A stretch of 52,553 bases of DNA, filler included, from Sanchytrium tribonematis (Eukaryota): NCBI GenBank assembly GCA_018985235.1. It is 6 parts of 6 records of this genome, joined end to end, with 100 filler letters (N's around TTAATTAATTAA, not from the genome) between each part and the next. Parts side by side here need not be neighbours in the genome. Positions count along the whole stretch, not along the records: positions 32,089 to 52,553 come from JADGIG010000098.1; 5 more parts are not named here. The stretch is one strand, 5' to 3'. A program made the position numbers and the translations under genes. Below are positions 43,861-52,553 of the stretch, in pieces. Below the pieces are notes generated by a model that was not told the DNA's origin, ran no database searches, and saw nothing but the letters and a program-made list of their open reading frames with translations. Numbering within the stretch: position 1 is the stretch's first letter; each line of letters opens with the position of its first letter.

Positions 43861-45173
43861 TTAACTGTAATATCCAAAACTCTTTCTCGGTTTCGTCTTT
43901 TTCCGCTTTCCTGCTTTCTTCAAAGTATGATAAATAATGACGACAAACACCGTTAATGAAATAAATAATCTTATCAGAGTAAATAAAGTGAATTTGATTA
44001 GTTCAATTGGATTTGGAGTCGTTAAAGTTAAATGGATGGTGCTTTTGGTCACAAATTTAGTTGAAATGAGTGTATTGTCTATTCTCGATTGATCGTCAGA
44101 GTAGTCTGCTTAAAGATACGAGTCACGATGGTCGGGTGTAAATTTTGATCATTTGGAGTTGAAACAGTTTCAGTCGCAGTAGTTCGAGTCACGATGGTCG
44201 GGACATTTGGATTGGACACTGTTTCACTCACATTAGACTCAGTTGTAAGAACCGGGCACTCATTCACAGCATTAGAAAGGTCAGAAGCATTATAAATGCC
44301 AGTAAAATCACAATGCCCTGTCAAATTTTGAATATTTGGATTTCCCAAAGTAGGCGTGTTTTCGATATTACAAAGGACCATTTGTGATAAATCTACAATT
44401 ACAACATCACTCACATTCGTATTTGACAGTCCTAAATAATGGGGATAATCAATTTTAACAGATCCATGAATATGATTATCATCCAACAATAATTCACTAA
44501 TGGTGGGATGTAATGGAGACACGGGACCTGTCATTAGACTATATTGTGCCCAAAAGATTATTAAATTGGGAGAATACAGATTTGGAAGACATCCAGTGAA
44601 TAAATTGGCCAATCCATAAAAATACTTTAAATTAAGGGGTATTTTACCGATATTTCCAGTGATTAAATTAAAATTCAACATGAGAAATGTTAAATTGACA
44701 GGGAGTGGGGATAGCATACCGGTAAATCGATTGGCTTCTACTGAAAAGGAAATTGCTGATTTTGGAATATTGGGCACATCACAGTAGAAATCATTGAAAG
44801 CTAATGAAATAAATTGCATTTGGTCGTGTAAGGGTGCAATAGATCCATTGAATCTATTATGAGGTAGATCAATAGAGATCAAATTTGGATGGAAAGTAGA
44901 AAGGGATCCATAAAGTTGATTATTATACAACGTGAGGGATGTGAGACTGGATGGGACTGCAGTCGAATTTATAGTTCCATTTAGACCTTGATAGGGGAGT
45001 TGGATAGAGATAATTCGGTCATTGGAGCAGGTAATTTCATTGACTGAGCAGCAATCCAACGCGATTTGATCAAATAAGGATGGATTCACAATATTCATAT
45101 TCAATCCAGTCACTAATGAAATGATATCTGGACAGTCGGGTGAGATACTGAAAAGAAGAGAAATTAGAAACAT
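43861..45173 (-). CDS. LRR receptor-like paralog A; ectodomain ORF 44079-45173 with its TM/tail (43861 to about 44076) out of frame
   Basis: Homologous to 45307-46635; the TKFVTKSTIHLTL...TM segment is in a different frame after the TAG at 44079. Confidence 0.75.
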
Positions 45174-45306
45174 TTTTGGCCTACTTTTTAAAACATGGTT
45201 TTGGAAACAGAGACGTGCAGTTGATGAACTTGGTTAATTATAAGCTGCTTTTACATAATACCAGTCTATTCAAAACTTCTAAACAAAATTAATTCTTGAT
45301 ATTTAC

Positions 45307-46635
45307 TCAATTTGTCACAAAACCAAGACTTTGTTTGGTTTTTCTTTTTCGTGGTCCTACTTTCTTTAAAGTTTGTTCTATAATCACAATCATCAATATC
45401 AATGATAAAGAGAACCTAATTATTGCTGAAATAGTGAATTTGAGCAACGCACTTTGATCTGGATTCATTAATGTCAGATGAATAGTTGAACTCGTCATGA
45501 ATTTGGTTAATATAGCTGGAATTGTATTCAATGATTGTAATGTCGTCTGTTTTGTAGTTGATGTAGTTGCCTGCTTAAATATACGAGTCACGATGGTTGG
45601 AAATGAATTCTGATCATTCGGAGATGAAACCGTTTCACTCGTAGCATTTTCACTCGCAGTATTTTCGCTCGTGATACTTTCAGTCGTAGCAGTAGTAGAC
45701 TTGCTAGAAGGCGCTAGACACTCAGTTACCAATTCAACATCACTAGATGCATTATAGTTTCCAGTAAAATCACAAATATTTGTGATATTTTGAATATTTA
45801 AATTTCCTAATGTAGGCGTATACGAGAAATCACAGTAAGTATTTCGACTTGTATCCAACACCACGACTTCAGTCACATTAGAATGAGGTGCAGCTAAATA
45901 CCGTGGCCTATATATTCTAATACTTCCATGAACGGGATTCCTATCCAACAATAATTCATACAAATTGGGATGTAATGGAGATACGGGACCAGTCAATAAA
46001 CTATCTTGTACCCAAAATGAGGATAATTTGGGAGAATATAAATTGGGAAGACATCCAGTGAATAAATTACGTCCTGCTAAAAAGTTTTCCAAATTATCTG
46101 GTAAAATTCCAATATTTCCAGTCAATAAGTTGTCATTTAACATGATAAATGTCAAATTAATGGGCATTGGTGACAATTGACCTGTGAATCGGTTCGATTT
46201 AATGGAATATAATAAGGTCGATTCTGGAATTTTGGGGGCATTACAATTGAAATAATTGGTGTCCAGGACCACTCTTTGAACCTGATTATTAAATGGTGCT
46301 ATGGTTCCATTTAATTTGTTGTTTGTCAGCTGAATAACCGTCACACTTTCTGGGAAAGTAGAAATGGATCCATAAATTTGACTATTAGTTATACTCACAG
46401 ATGTAACAGTGGGTGGGATTGCAGTGGTATTGATAGTGCCATTTAATTGATAATTATTGATACTAATCATGGTAACGCGGTCATTGGAGCAGGTAATTTC
46501 ACCAACTGAGCAGCAATCCAACGCGATTTGATAGAATAGTGACGGATTCACAATATTCATATTCAATCCAGTCACTAATGTGACGATATCTGGACAGTCG
46601 GGTGAGATACTGAAAAGAAGAGAAATTAGAAACAT
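45307..46635 (-). CDS. LRR receptor-like paralog B (intact)
   Basis: Signal peptide, DCC..ITC cap, 21-aa LRRs, Thr/Ser stalk, TM, basic tail. Confidence 0.85.
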   Translation of the reverse strand: MFLISLLFSISPDCPDIVTLVTGLNMNIVNPSLFYQIALDCCSVGEITCSNDRVTMISINNYQLNGTINTTAIPPTVTSVSITNSQIYGSISTFPESVTVIQLTNNKLNGTIAPFNNQVQRVVLDTNYFNCNAPKIPESTLLYSIKSNRFTGQLSPMPINLTFIMLNDNLLTGNIGILPDNLENFLAGRNLFTGCLPNLYSPKLSSFWVQDSLLTGPVSPLHPNLYELLLDRNPVHGSIRIYRPRYLAAPHSNVTEVVVLDTSRNTYCDFSYTPTLGNLNIQNITNICDFTGNYNASSDVELVTECLAPSSKSTTATTESITSENTASENATSETVSSPNDQNSFPTIVTRIFKQATTSTTKQTTLQSLNTIPAILTKFMTSSTIHLTLMNPDQSALLKFTISAIIRFSLSLILMIVIIEQTLKKVGPRKRKTKQSLGFVTN

Positions 46636-46835
46636 TTTCGGCCTACTTTATAACACATGGTTTTGGAAAGGAAAGACAAGTTTGACGGATTTTTATTATT
46701 GGATTGAAGTAGCTATCCGCACATTTGTATCTTGGATTGCTTCGTATTTGCAGCTAAAGTAGACAACATGGAGATTTCAAGGGATGAAATCGATCAACGT
46801 GATTGATCCCAAAATATCCCCTTTCAAACCAAAAA

Positions 46836-47369
46836 ATGATTTTCATTAATGCATATTTGCCACGTGGCAACAAAGCAGTCAAAGATTCAATTCAAATTTT
46901 GAAGCCTTTCGATATAAGTGCACTCAAACTTGAATTTGAAGCTGTACAACAGTCACTAGCTCGAAATTGCTGGCAAGCGTATTGTAAATCTAATCCACAA
47001 TTTATTAACTCAATATTAGAGCAAATCAGTCGATTTGATATCGATCAAATAGCAAATTCCAACGAGTTTCGTAACTTGGTGACACTCTTTACTAAATACT
47101 TTAAAGGGCAAGCGGAATTGAAGGAAATAATTGAGGCCAAACTACCTGATGAAACCACCCATTCATTAGTCAAACGAGAAAGACCACTAATTGTCAATTT
47201 AAGAGTACTATTTCGTATTACTTGTGAAATATTAGCACTTTTATGTTATTTTAATTATGTAGGTAATATTTCTGAGAAAATTGCATTAATAGCATGGCTT
47301 TTCACCAAAGGAGACCAATTTCTTAGGTCGAAAAAATTATCAAGTCCGAAAGGCAAGCGAAAGCATTAA
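46836..47369 (+). CDS. Dispersed family member 13; 3' end probably replaced by LINE sequence
   Basis: Helical domain...SLVKR then hydrophobic helices; weak signal peptide; the LINE reading frame overlaps its last ~75 nt. Confidence 0.6.
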   Translation: MIFINAYLPRGNKAVKDSIQILKPFDISALKLEFEAVQQSLARNCWQAYCKSNPQFINSILEQISRFDIDQIANSNEFRNLVTLFTKYFKGQAELKEIIEAKLPDETTHSLVKRERPLIVNLRVLFRITCEILALLCYFNYVGNISEKIALIAWLFTKGDQFLRSKKLSSPKGKRKH

Positions 47370-50300
47370 CTATCATAATATTAAAGAAAAACAAACTAAA
47401 AATAATAGCACTTCATCTCCCTATTCTTTGCTATTGATCTCTGGCTTTAAAATCAAGTTGACGACTGAAATTTATGATATTCCATTGGAAAGATTTATGT
47501 GCTCAGGAATGCAAGATAAATTTGGATTTGAATCATTACCAAAGATTACATTAAATACGATCAAATTTATTGAGCCCATTGACTCACAAAATTATGAAAA
47601 TCCATGTGTCGATCCAAATGATATCGTCTATGAAGCCATGGTGCAGTCTAATTTTTTAGACAAATTTAAAAATTACTTGGAAAATGATCCTATTTTTTCA
47701 TCACCCACAAGCAGATTTACTTGGGATACATCCAAAAATGCCATTTTGCAATTGCAATTAAAGTGCCAATCACCAAATGAAGCATTTCGAATATCAGCCA
47801 ATCAGATGTTGCATATGTTTCAAACAAGATACAAAACCAATGCTGTCAATTCTATTTCCTCAAAGATTAGCACTTTTCTCTCCTCCACTTTTTCTAATCA
47901 GTCATTGGAAAAACAACTAGAAGAGAGCGATGAGTTGATGGCTAGCACTTTGGCAAAGTCACATTCGCAAATGTGGAGTGATGCGGTTGAAATGGAATTG
48001 CCAATCAAGATCCACTTGTTTTTCAAAACATTTTGCCAGTATTATGTCTTATCTGTAGCACACGCTCAAAATACCAGTGACCAGATGATTTATGCACAAT
48101 TTTATTTACAAGGGGTTTCTCAAACAGTGTCTTCATTTAGATCTTCCATCACAAACAGTTTAAAATTTACCAATCAAACCAGCGATAAGTTTACATGTGC
48201 TAAATTATTAAATGCTTTACCAGAAACAGATGTGCAAATGACAGGAATTATCCCTGAAACTGCTGATAATACCCAAAATATTCTACAACATCCAGTTAAT
48301 CCAATTCAACAACCAAGTTTGTCTTCCCATGCTAAACTAGTCACAAATGATGTTTCCACACCATCAATCAACAGCACAATTTCAGTCTATCCAGGATCCA
48401 CAACATCTGCTTCGGATCACAAATTTGCATACAAAATGATCATTGAGGACAAGCCATATCGTAGATATGCAACATTCAATACCACTTTATATGACGTTCT
48501 GACAAATATTCCAAATAAGTATGTTTATTATAATGGACAGCCAGTAGAGGATTTTTATTTTAATTTGGAACCAAATTGCATCATTCTAGTTATTTACCAC
48601 GCAAAAACAAGACTAGTCAATATGGACATCCATGGCAGCAAGTACAATATTCGTATCCCAGAAAATACCAAAATCCATCATATTTTGAGTGAAGAAACGT
48701 GGGACCACATTTGCAACAGAGATCATGTCTTATTCATTAATAAGAAAAGGATTCACACAACAAATGACATCCCTTCTGTCTTAACGACAGTTCAAGTTTT
48801 AGTAAAAGATTCTCAGTATTCCCACCCTTTTTCAAGTTACTTTCCAAAACCCATGAATACAGTCTATTATTATTTATTGGTATTAAATATTCTTGCATTT
48901 GGCAACATTTTTCCTCTTCTATATCATCCACAGAGTAAATTTAATTTAAATATTGCCGCATGGAATATGCAAGGAAATTTTGACACATTACTTCCATTTG
49001 CAAAAGCATACATGGTTGAACAAAGTGTGCATTTGATCTTTCTCTCAGAGACCCAAAAAGATGGTAACAAACTGAACGGGTTAAAAGGAGGACTTAGAAT
49101 AGTTAGTGATGTGATTTATGATGATGGAGAACATCCCCGACCTCATTATGGGATGGCATTATTGGTTTTGGATGAGAATATAGCACGCAGTTGTAGTGCA
49201 TTTCATGTCAGCCCATTTCAAATCTCTGTGATGATAAATGGCTATGTCGTTAATGGCTTTTATCGACGACACAGAACCCATCTGGCAGAATTCACTAATG
49301 AACTGTTTCAACTGAATAATGAGAATCAAATTAGCATCGGTGATGCCAATTACTCTTTGTTTTATCCTAGAAATAATTCAGATAGACAAGCACAATCACA
49401 TGTAAATGATCTGAATTATGAGATTATTGAAAAAGATTCTCATATTACCAGATATCCTACGATCAGAACACAACAACCATCTGATTTGGATCATATTATT
49501 CTTGCTAGTCATTTAGTTCCATTTGTAAATGATTCGCAAGGCAAAGTCTACTTTGTACCAAGGGATTTTTCTGATCATGATATTGTGCAAATTAGTTTAA
49601 AACTCCCTGTTGTCCATAATACTATCAAATCTGCAAAATACCGAATAAAAATGCTTAAAAATGAAGATAAAAGAACTTTATACCATCAAAAGTTGACAGA
49701 ATTACTAGGCAATGAGAATATTCAAGAAAGACTCTCAAACAACAAGATTACATTTAGACAAATTTCCAAAATTGTCAAAGATGTTCATAAATGTATTCAG
49801 AAATCATTGAATGAGTGTATTGGAAAAATGTCACCAAAGTCTATTCAAGACATTCAAATGCCAAATTTAATCCATACACAAGACCTTCATACAATTGATT
49901 ATGAACAATATATTAATATGATCAAAACAGACAAAATGAATGGAATTACTAAGTATCAAGAATATTTGCAATCACTTCTTCCATCCCAACAACTTCAATT
50001 CTTAAAATCCAAGACATTCCGACTAAATCAACGTGCAATATCAGGACTGGATGTTCAAAGAATCAATGAATACAATCAACAATTGACCACTCCAATGGTC
50101 TCACATCCAAATTTATCCTTTAATGACATTCAAGAAGAATTCAATAAATATAGTGGTGAATGTCATCAAATTAATGATCAAATATTTGAAATATGCGTCA
50201 AACAATTGCCCAATCGAAAATCGTATGGCATTAAAGATATCCCAAATGAATCAATAAAGCATGGACCAGATTTATTAAAAGGCATCTTAAAATTGATTCT

Positions 50301-52368
50301 ACAAACCATGATTGAAAATGGGTATGTGCCAGATCAATTTGGTAATACAACATTGATTCCTGTTCCTAAAGTATCCACTCCCTCCTCAATGGATCAATAT
50401 CGTGGAATCAGTTTATTATTCACAATTAGGAAATTATATGAATCCTATTTATATCAAGTAATAAACATTCGATTTCCAAACAACCAATTTGGATTTGCCA
50501 AGAATAGCAGCATCAATGATGCATTGAAGCATCTGGAATCATTATTACATTCAAGAAATAGAAATGGCCAACGAGTGCAATTCATCGCTTTTATAGATTT
50601 ACGTAAAGCCTATGATATGATTGATAGGCGAATCCTATTACGACTATTTAATATTTGCAACAGATTTTTGGTCCGCCTTGTTTTGAATTTGGTTCGAATT
50701 ACCCATTTGACATTAATGGTTTTACAGTCACACTCTAACCCAATCAACACAACTGCAGGCATCCCTCAGGGTTCCAGTTTATCACCTTCTATATTTGGGT
50801 TTTGTTTGAATGATTTATATTCCATCTCTAATGACATGGTTCAAAGTCTATACTACGCTGATGATTGCTGTTTAGTTGCTTACAGTAAACATGCACTAAT
50901 TGATTCCATTCACACAATGCAAGAATATCTTGTGGATATTGGATTACAAATTAATTTTAATAAGAGCATTATTATCTGCTCTAATCAATATAATGGTCAA
51001 TCAATTTGTGGAATCCAGATAACCACCCAATCACAAAGATATTTAGGATTCTACGTGTCACTTAGTGGTATCGACAAGAATTTAGTGTTTAAAAAGAAAT
51101 TAAATGCAATTAAAATGAAAATGAGTCAATTGAGAAGTCTTGGAGTATTTAGAAATGGTCTACCCCTGTCAATATGTGGCACAATATTGACAGCGCATTT
51201 AATTCCAGTAATTGATTTTACAATGCATGTCATTAGATTCTCCTCAAACCAACACAAAAAATTGGAATCTTTAATCCGTAAACATTTAAAATTGATTTTA
51301 GGATCCACAATGTCAATGCCAAATCCTCTTTTAAAATCTATTGTCACATACCCAAATATCTCGAAAAGAAACGAGTATTTATTTAATAAGCATAATATTC
51401 ACTTCAACTGGCGATTCCATGTGCCTTATCAAGATATTCATTGTATTAAAGAGTCTGGAAAAATCTCTTTCCACCCTTTTATTATTGGACACCCACAATC
51501 TCGTATTTCTAAATTGTTAAAATGGAATTTCAAACCATCCAGTAGGGATTTCAATTGTTCAATCTGTCATGAATCCCATCATTATTTACAGAAAAGATTA
51601 AAATGCTATTCATACAACAAATTGTTACTTCAAAATATGCCAACACAATCAATTGTTTCCAATAATCATGCTTCATCTGATTCCCATGATACCGATAATC
51701 AAAATGATGTGACAAATTTATTTGATGGTTATACATTCGCGTGCGATGCTTCTTTAAATGACACCAATATGGGTATTGGTTTCTGCATTGTGCCACCAAA
51801 TTCACTAGAAATTGATAGAGAATTTCAATTTAAAATGTTAAATTCAAACCCAATTAATCCAACTTGTAGCACAGAGTTAGAATGTATTGCAATTAATGCT
51901 TGCATTGAATACGCAAATTCCAATTTTATTAATAACTATAGAATTTTTAGCGATAACAAGGGTGCTATTTCAATATATAAGCACTTAAAAGAAGGAACAG
52001 ATCCTTCCAAAATTCAATTTTTTAATCATTTTACAAATTTAAAATCCGCTCCAGAAATTAGCTGGATTAAAGCCCATGCAGGGCATCATTTAAATGAAAG
52101 AGCAGACCAATTGGCAAAAACATGCCATAATGCTCCAATTAGGTCATTTTATTCGACCACAACACACAAGAAAATTTTACAAAATAGATTATTTTTATTT
52201 GATTTTGACATTGCCTTGGATGGCTTAAATAACAATCAAATAGCTATTTTGGAAAGAAGAATTGGTAGATTTATGCAACAGTATAATCTACATTAGGATA
52301 TTGCAGGTGTTCATGGATGTCATTGGCATTTAAGCGACCCCTTAAATAAATATTATTATTATTATTAT
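47293..52368 (+). mobile_element. Non-LTR retrotransposon (LINE), single long ORF, (TAT)6 3' tail; 5' boundary approximate
   Basis: Frame open from 47293 to 52296; AATAAA followed by (TAT)6 at 52351-52368. Confidence 0.85.
47428..52296 (+). CDS. LINE polyprotein: ~500-aa N-terminal region, APE endonuclease, RT, Zn-knuckle-like motif, RNase H (first ATG 47497)
   Basis: IAAWNMQG, LSET, IGDAN, LDHI and FSDH (APE); YRGISLL, DLRKAYD, GIPQGSSLSP, YADD and YLG (RT); CSIC..HH..C; DASL, ELECIAI, FSDN and WIKAHAG..NERADQLAK (RNase H). Confidence 0.95.
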   Translation: MLLISGFKIKLTTEIYDIPLERFMCSGMQDKFGFESLPKITLNTIKFIEPIDSQNYENPCVDPNDIVYEAMVQSNFLDKFKNYLENDPIFSSPTSRFTWDTSKNAILQLQLKCQSPNEAFRISANQMLHMFQTRYKTNAVNSISSKISTFLSSTFSNQSLEKQLEESDELMASTLAKSHSQMWSDAVEMELPIKIHLFFKTFCQYYVLSVAHAQNTSDQMIYAQFYLQGVSQTVSSFRSSITNSLKFTNQTSDKFTCAKLLNALPETDVQMTGIIPETADNTQNILQHPVNPIQQPSLSSHAKLVTNDVSTPSINSTISVYPGSTTSASDHKFAYKMIIEDKPYRRYATFNTTLYDVLTNIPNKYVYYNGQPVEDFYFNLEPNCIILVIYHAKTRLVNMDIHGSKYNIRIPENTKIHHILSEETWDHICNRDHVLFINKKRIHTTNDIPSVLTTVQVLVKDSQYSHPFSSYFPKPMNTVYYYLLVLNILAFGNIFPLLYHPQSKFNLNIAAWNMQGNFDTLLPFAKAYMVEQSVHLIFLSETQKDGNKLNGLKGGLRIVSDVIYDDGEHPRPHYGMALLVLDENIARSCSAFHVSPFQISVMINGYVVNGFYRRHRTHLAEFTNELFQLNNENQISIGDANYSLFYPRNNSDRQAQSHVNDLNYEIIEKDSHITRYPTIRTQQPSDLDHIILASHLVPFVNDSQGKVYFVPRDFSDHDIVQISLKLPVVHNTIKSAKYRIKMLKNEDKRTLYHQKLTELLGNENIQERLSNNKITFRQISKIVKDVHKCIQKSLNECIGKMSPKSIQDIQMPNLIHTQDLHTIDYEQYINMIKTDKMNGITKYQEYLQSLLPSQQLQFLKSKTFRLNQRAISGLDVQRINEYNQQLTTPMVSHPNLSFNDIQEEFNKYSGECHQINDQIFEICVKQLPNRKSYGIKDIPNESIKHGPDLLKGILKLILQTMIENGYVPDQFGNTTLIPVPKVSTPSSMDQYRGISLLFTIRKLYESYLYQVINIRFPNNQFGFAKNSSINDALKHLESLLHSRNRNGQRVQFIAFIDLRKAYDMIDRRILLRLFNICNRFLVRLVLNLVRITHLTLMVLQSHSNPINTTAGIPQGSSLSPSIFGFCLNDLYSISNDMVQSLYYADDCCLVAYSKHALIDSIHTMQEYLVDIGLQINFNKSIIICSNQYNGQSICGIQITTQSQRYLGFYVSLSGIDKNLVFKKKLNAIKMKMSQLRSLGVFRNGLPLSICGTILTAHLIPVIDFTMHVIRFSSNQHKKLESLIRKHLKLILGSTMSMPNPLLKSIVTYPNISKRNEYLFNKHNIHFNWRFHVPYQDIHCIKESGKISFHPFIIGHPQSRISKLLKWNFKPSSRDFNCSICHESHHYLQKRLKCYSYNKLLLQNMPTQSIVSNNHASSDSHDTDNQNDVTNLFDGYTFACDASLNDTNMGIGFCIVPPNSLEIDREFQFKMLNSNPINPTCSTELECIAINACIEYANSNFINNYRIFSDNKGAISIYKHLKEGTDPSKIQFFNHFTNLKSAPEISWIKAHAGHHLNERADQLAKTCHNAPIRSFYSTTTHKKILQNRLFLFDFDIALDGLNNNQIAILERRIGRFMQQYNLH

Positions 52369-52553
52369 GATTTGAAAACAATCTAAAATATAAGAATTTC
52401 CATCAACTTCACGTTTGAATCGTTTTGAACCACCATCTTCACCTTTAATCACATTTGGATGATCGAATTGAGTCATCATTTTTATTTCTGATTTGATCCC
52501 ACTTTTTAATTGACTACTAAATTTAGTGGCGCAGAGAATTTTAACTGCCTCTA
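52342..52553 (-). pseudogene. Protein kinase N-lobe fragment truncated at the LINE 3' tail
   Basis: Manual translation EAVKILC...KSEIKMMTQFDHPNVIK...CFQIIIIIIIFI*: subdomains II-IV running into the (ATA)n tail. Confidence 0.7.

Noticed and set aside
48859..48930. 2A-like ribosome-skipping peptide before the LINE APE domain
   Set aside because: Position and Leu-rich helix fit, but the required DxExNPGP motif is absent
1..52553. Prokaryotic operons, defence systems, rRNA or tRNA genes
   Set aside because: Gene content and introns are eukaryotic; I saw no recognisable rRNA or tRNA sequence by eye (tRNAscan/cmscan not run)

Overview
AT-rich, very gene-dense eukaryotic DNA in the standard genetic code, most consistent with a reduced zoosporic early-diverging fungus (fungal-type URA2 with a pseudo-DHOase, a divergent IFT140, CBM18-like proteins). 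A sanchytrid-like lineage is my unverified guess. The window is six contigs joined by artificial 100-nt linkers (44 N + TTAATTAATTAA + 44 N), so adjacency across linkers is not biological. Contig 1 (1-20568) holds tightly packed housekeeping genes (SUV3, EamA transporter, IFT140, URA2, VMA8, NASP-like chaperone, uL15m, SulP, a bacterial-like MPG glycosylase, UTP10). Four ~2.75-kb contigs carry PAN2/F-box/LIS1; an LRR receptor-like gene between inverted repeats; a dead Ty3/Gypsy element; and a dead pogo element plus a LINE fragment. The last contig (32089-52553) is accessory. It contains a tandem array of 12 (plus 2 dispersed) highly diverged genes sharing the layout signal peptide, Cys, helical pro-domain, Kex2-type LxKR site, two-helix hydrophobic hairpin, with shared promoter motifs. 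It also carries two hevein-like genes, a Kelch gene, two LRR paralogs and a single-ORF APE-RT-RNaseH LINE. Two signals stand out: five spliceosomal introns of only 19-20 nt, all in the 3' part of their genes, and the putative Kex2-processed membrane-hairpin (preprotoxin/effector-like) family.
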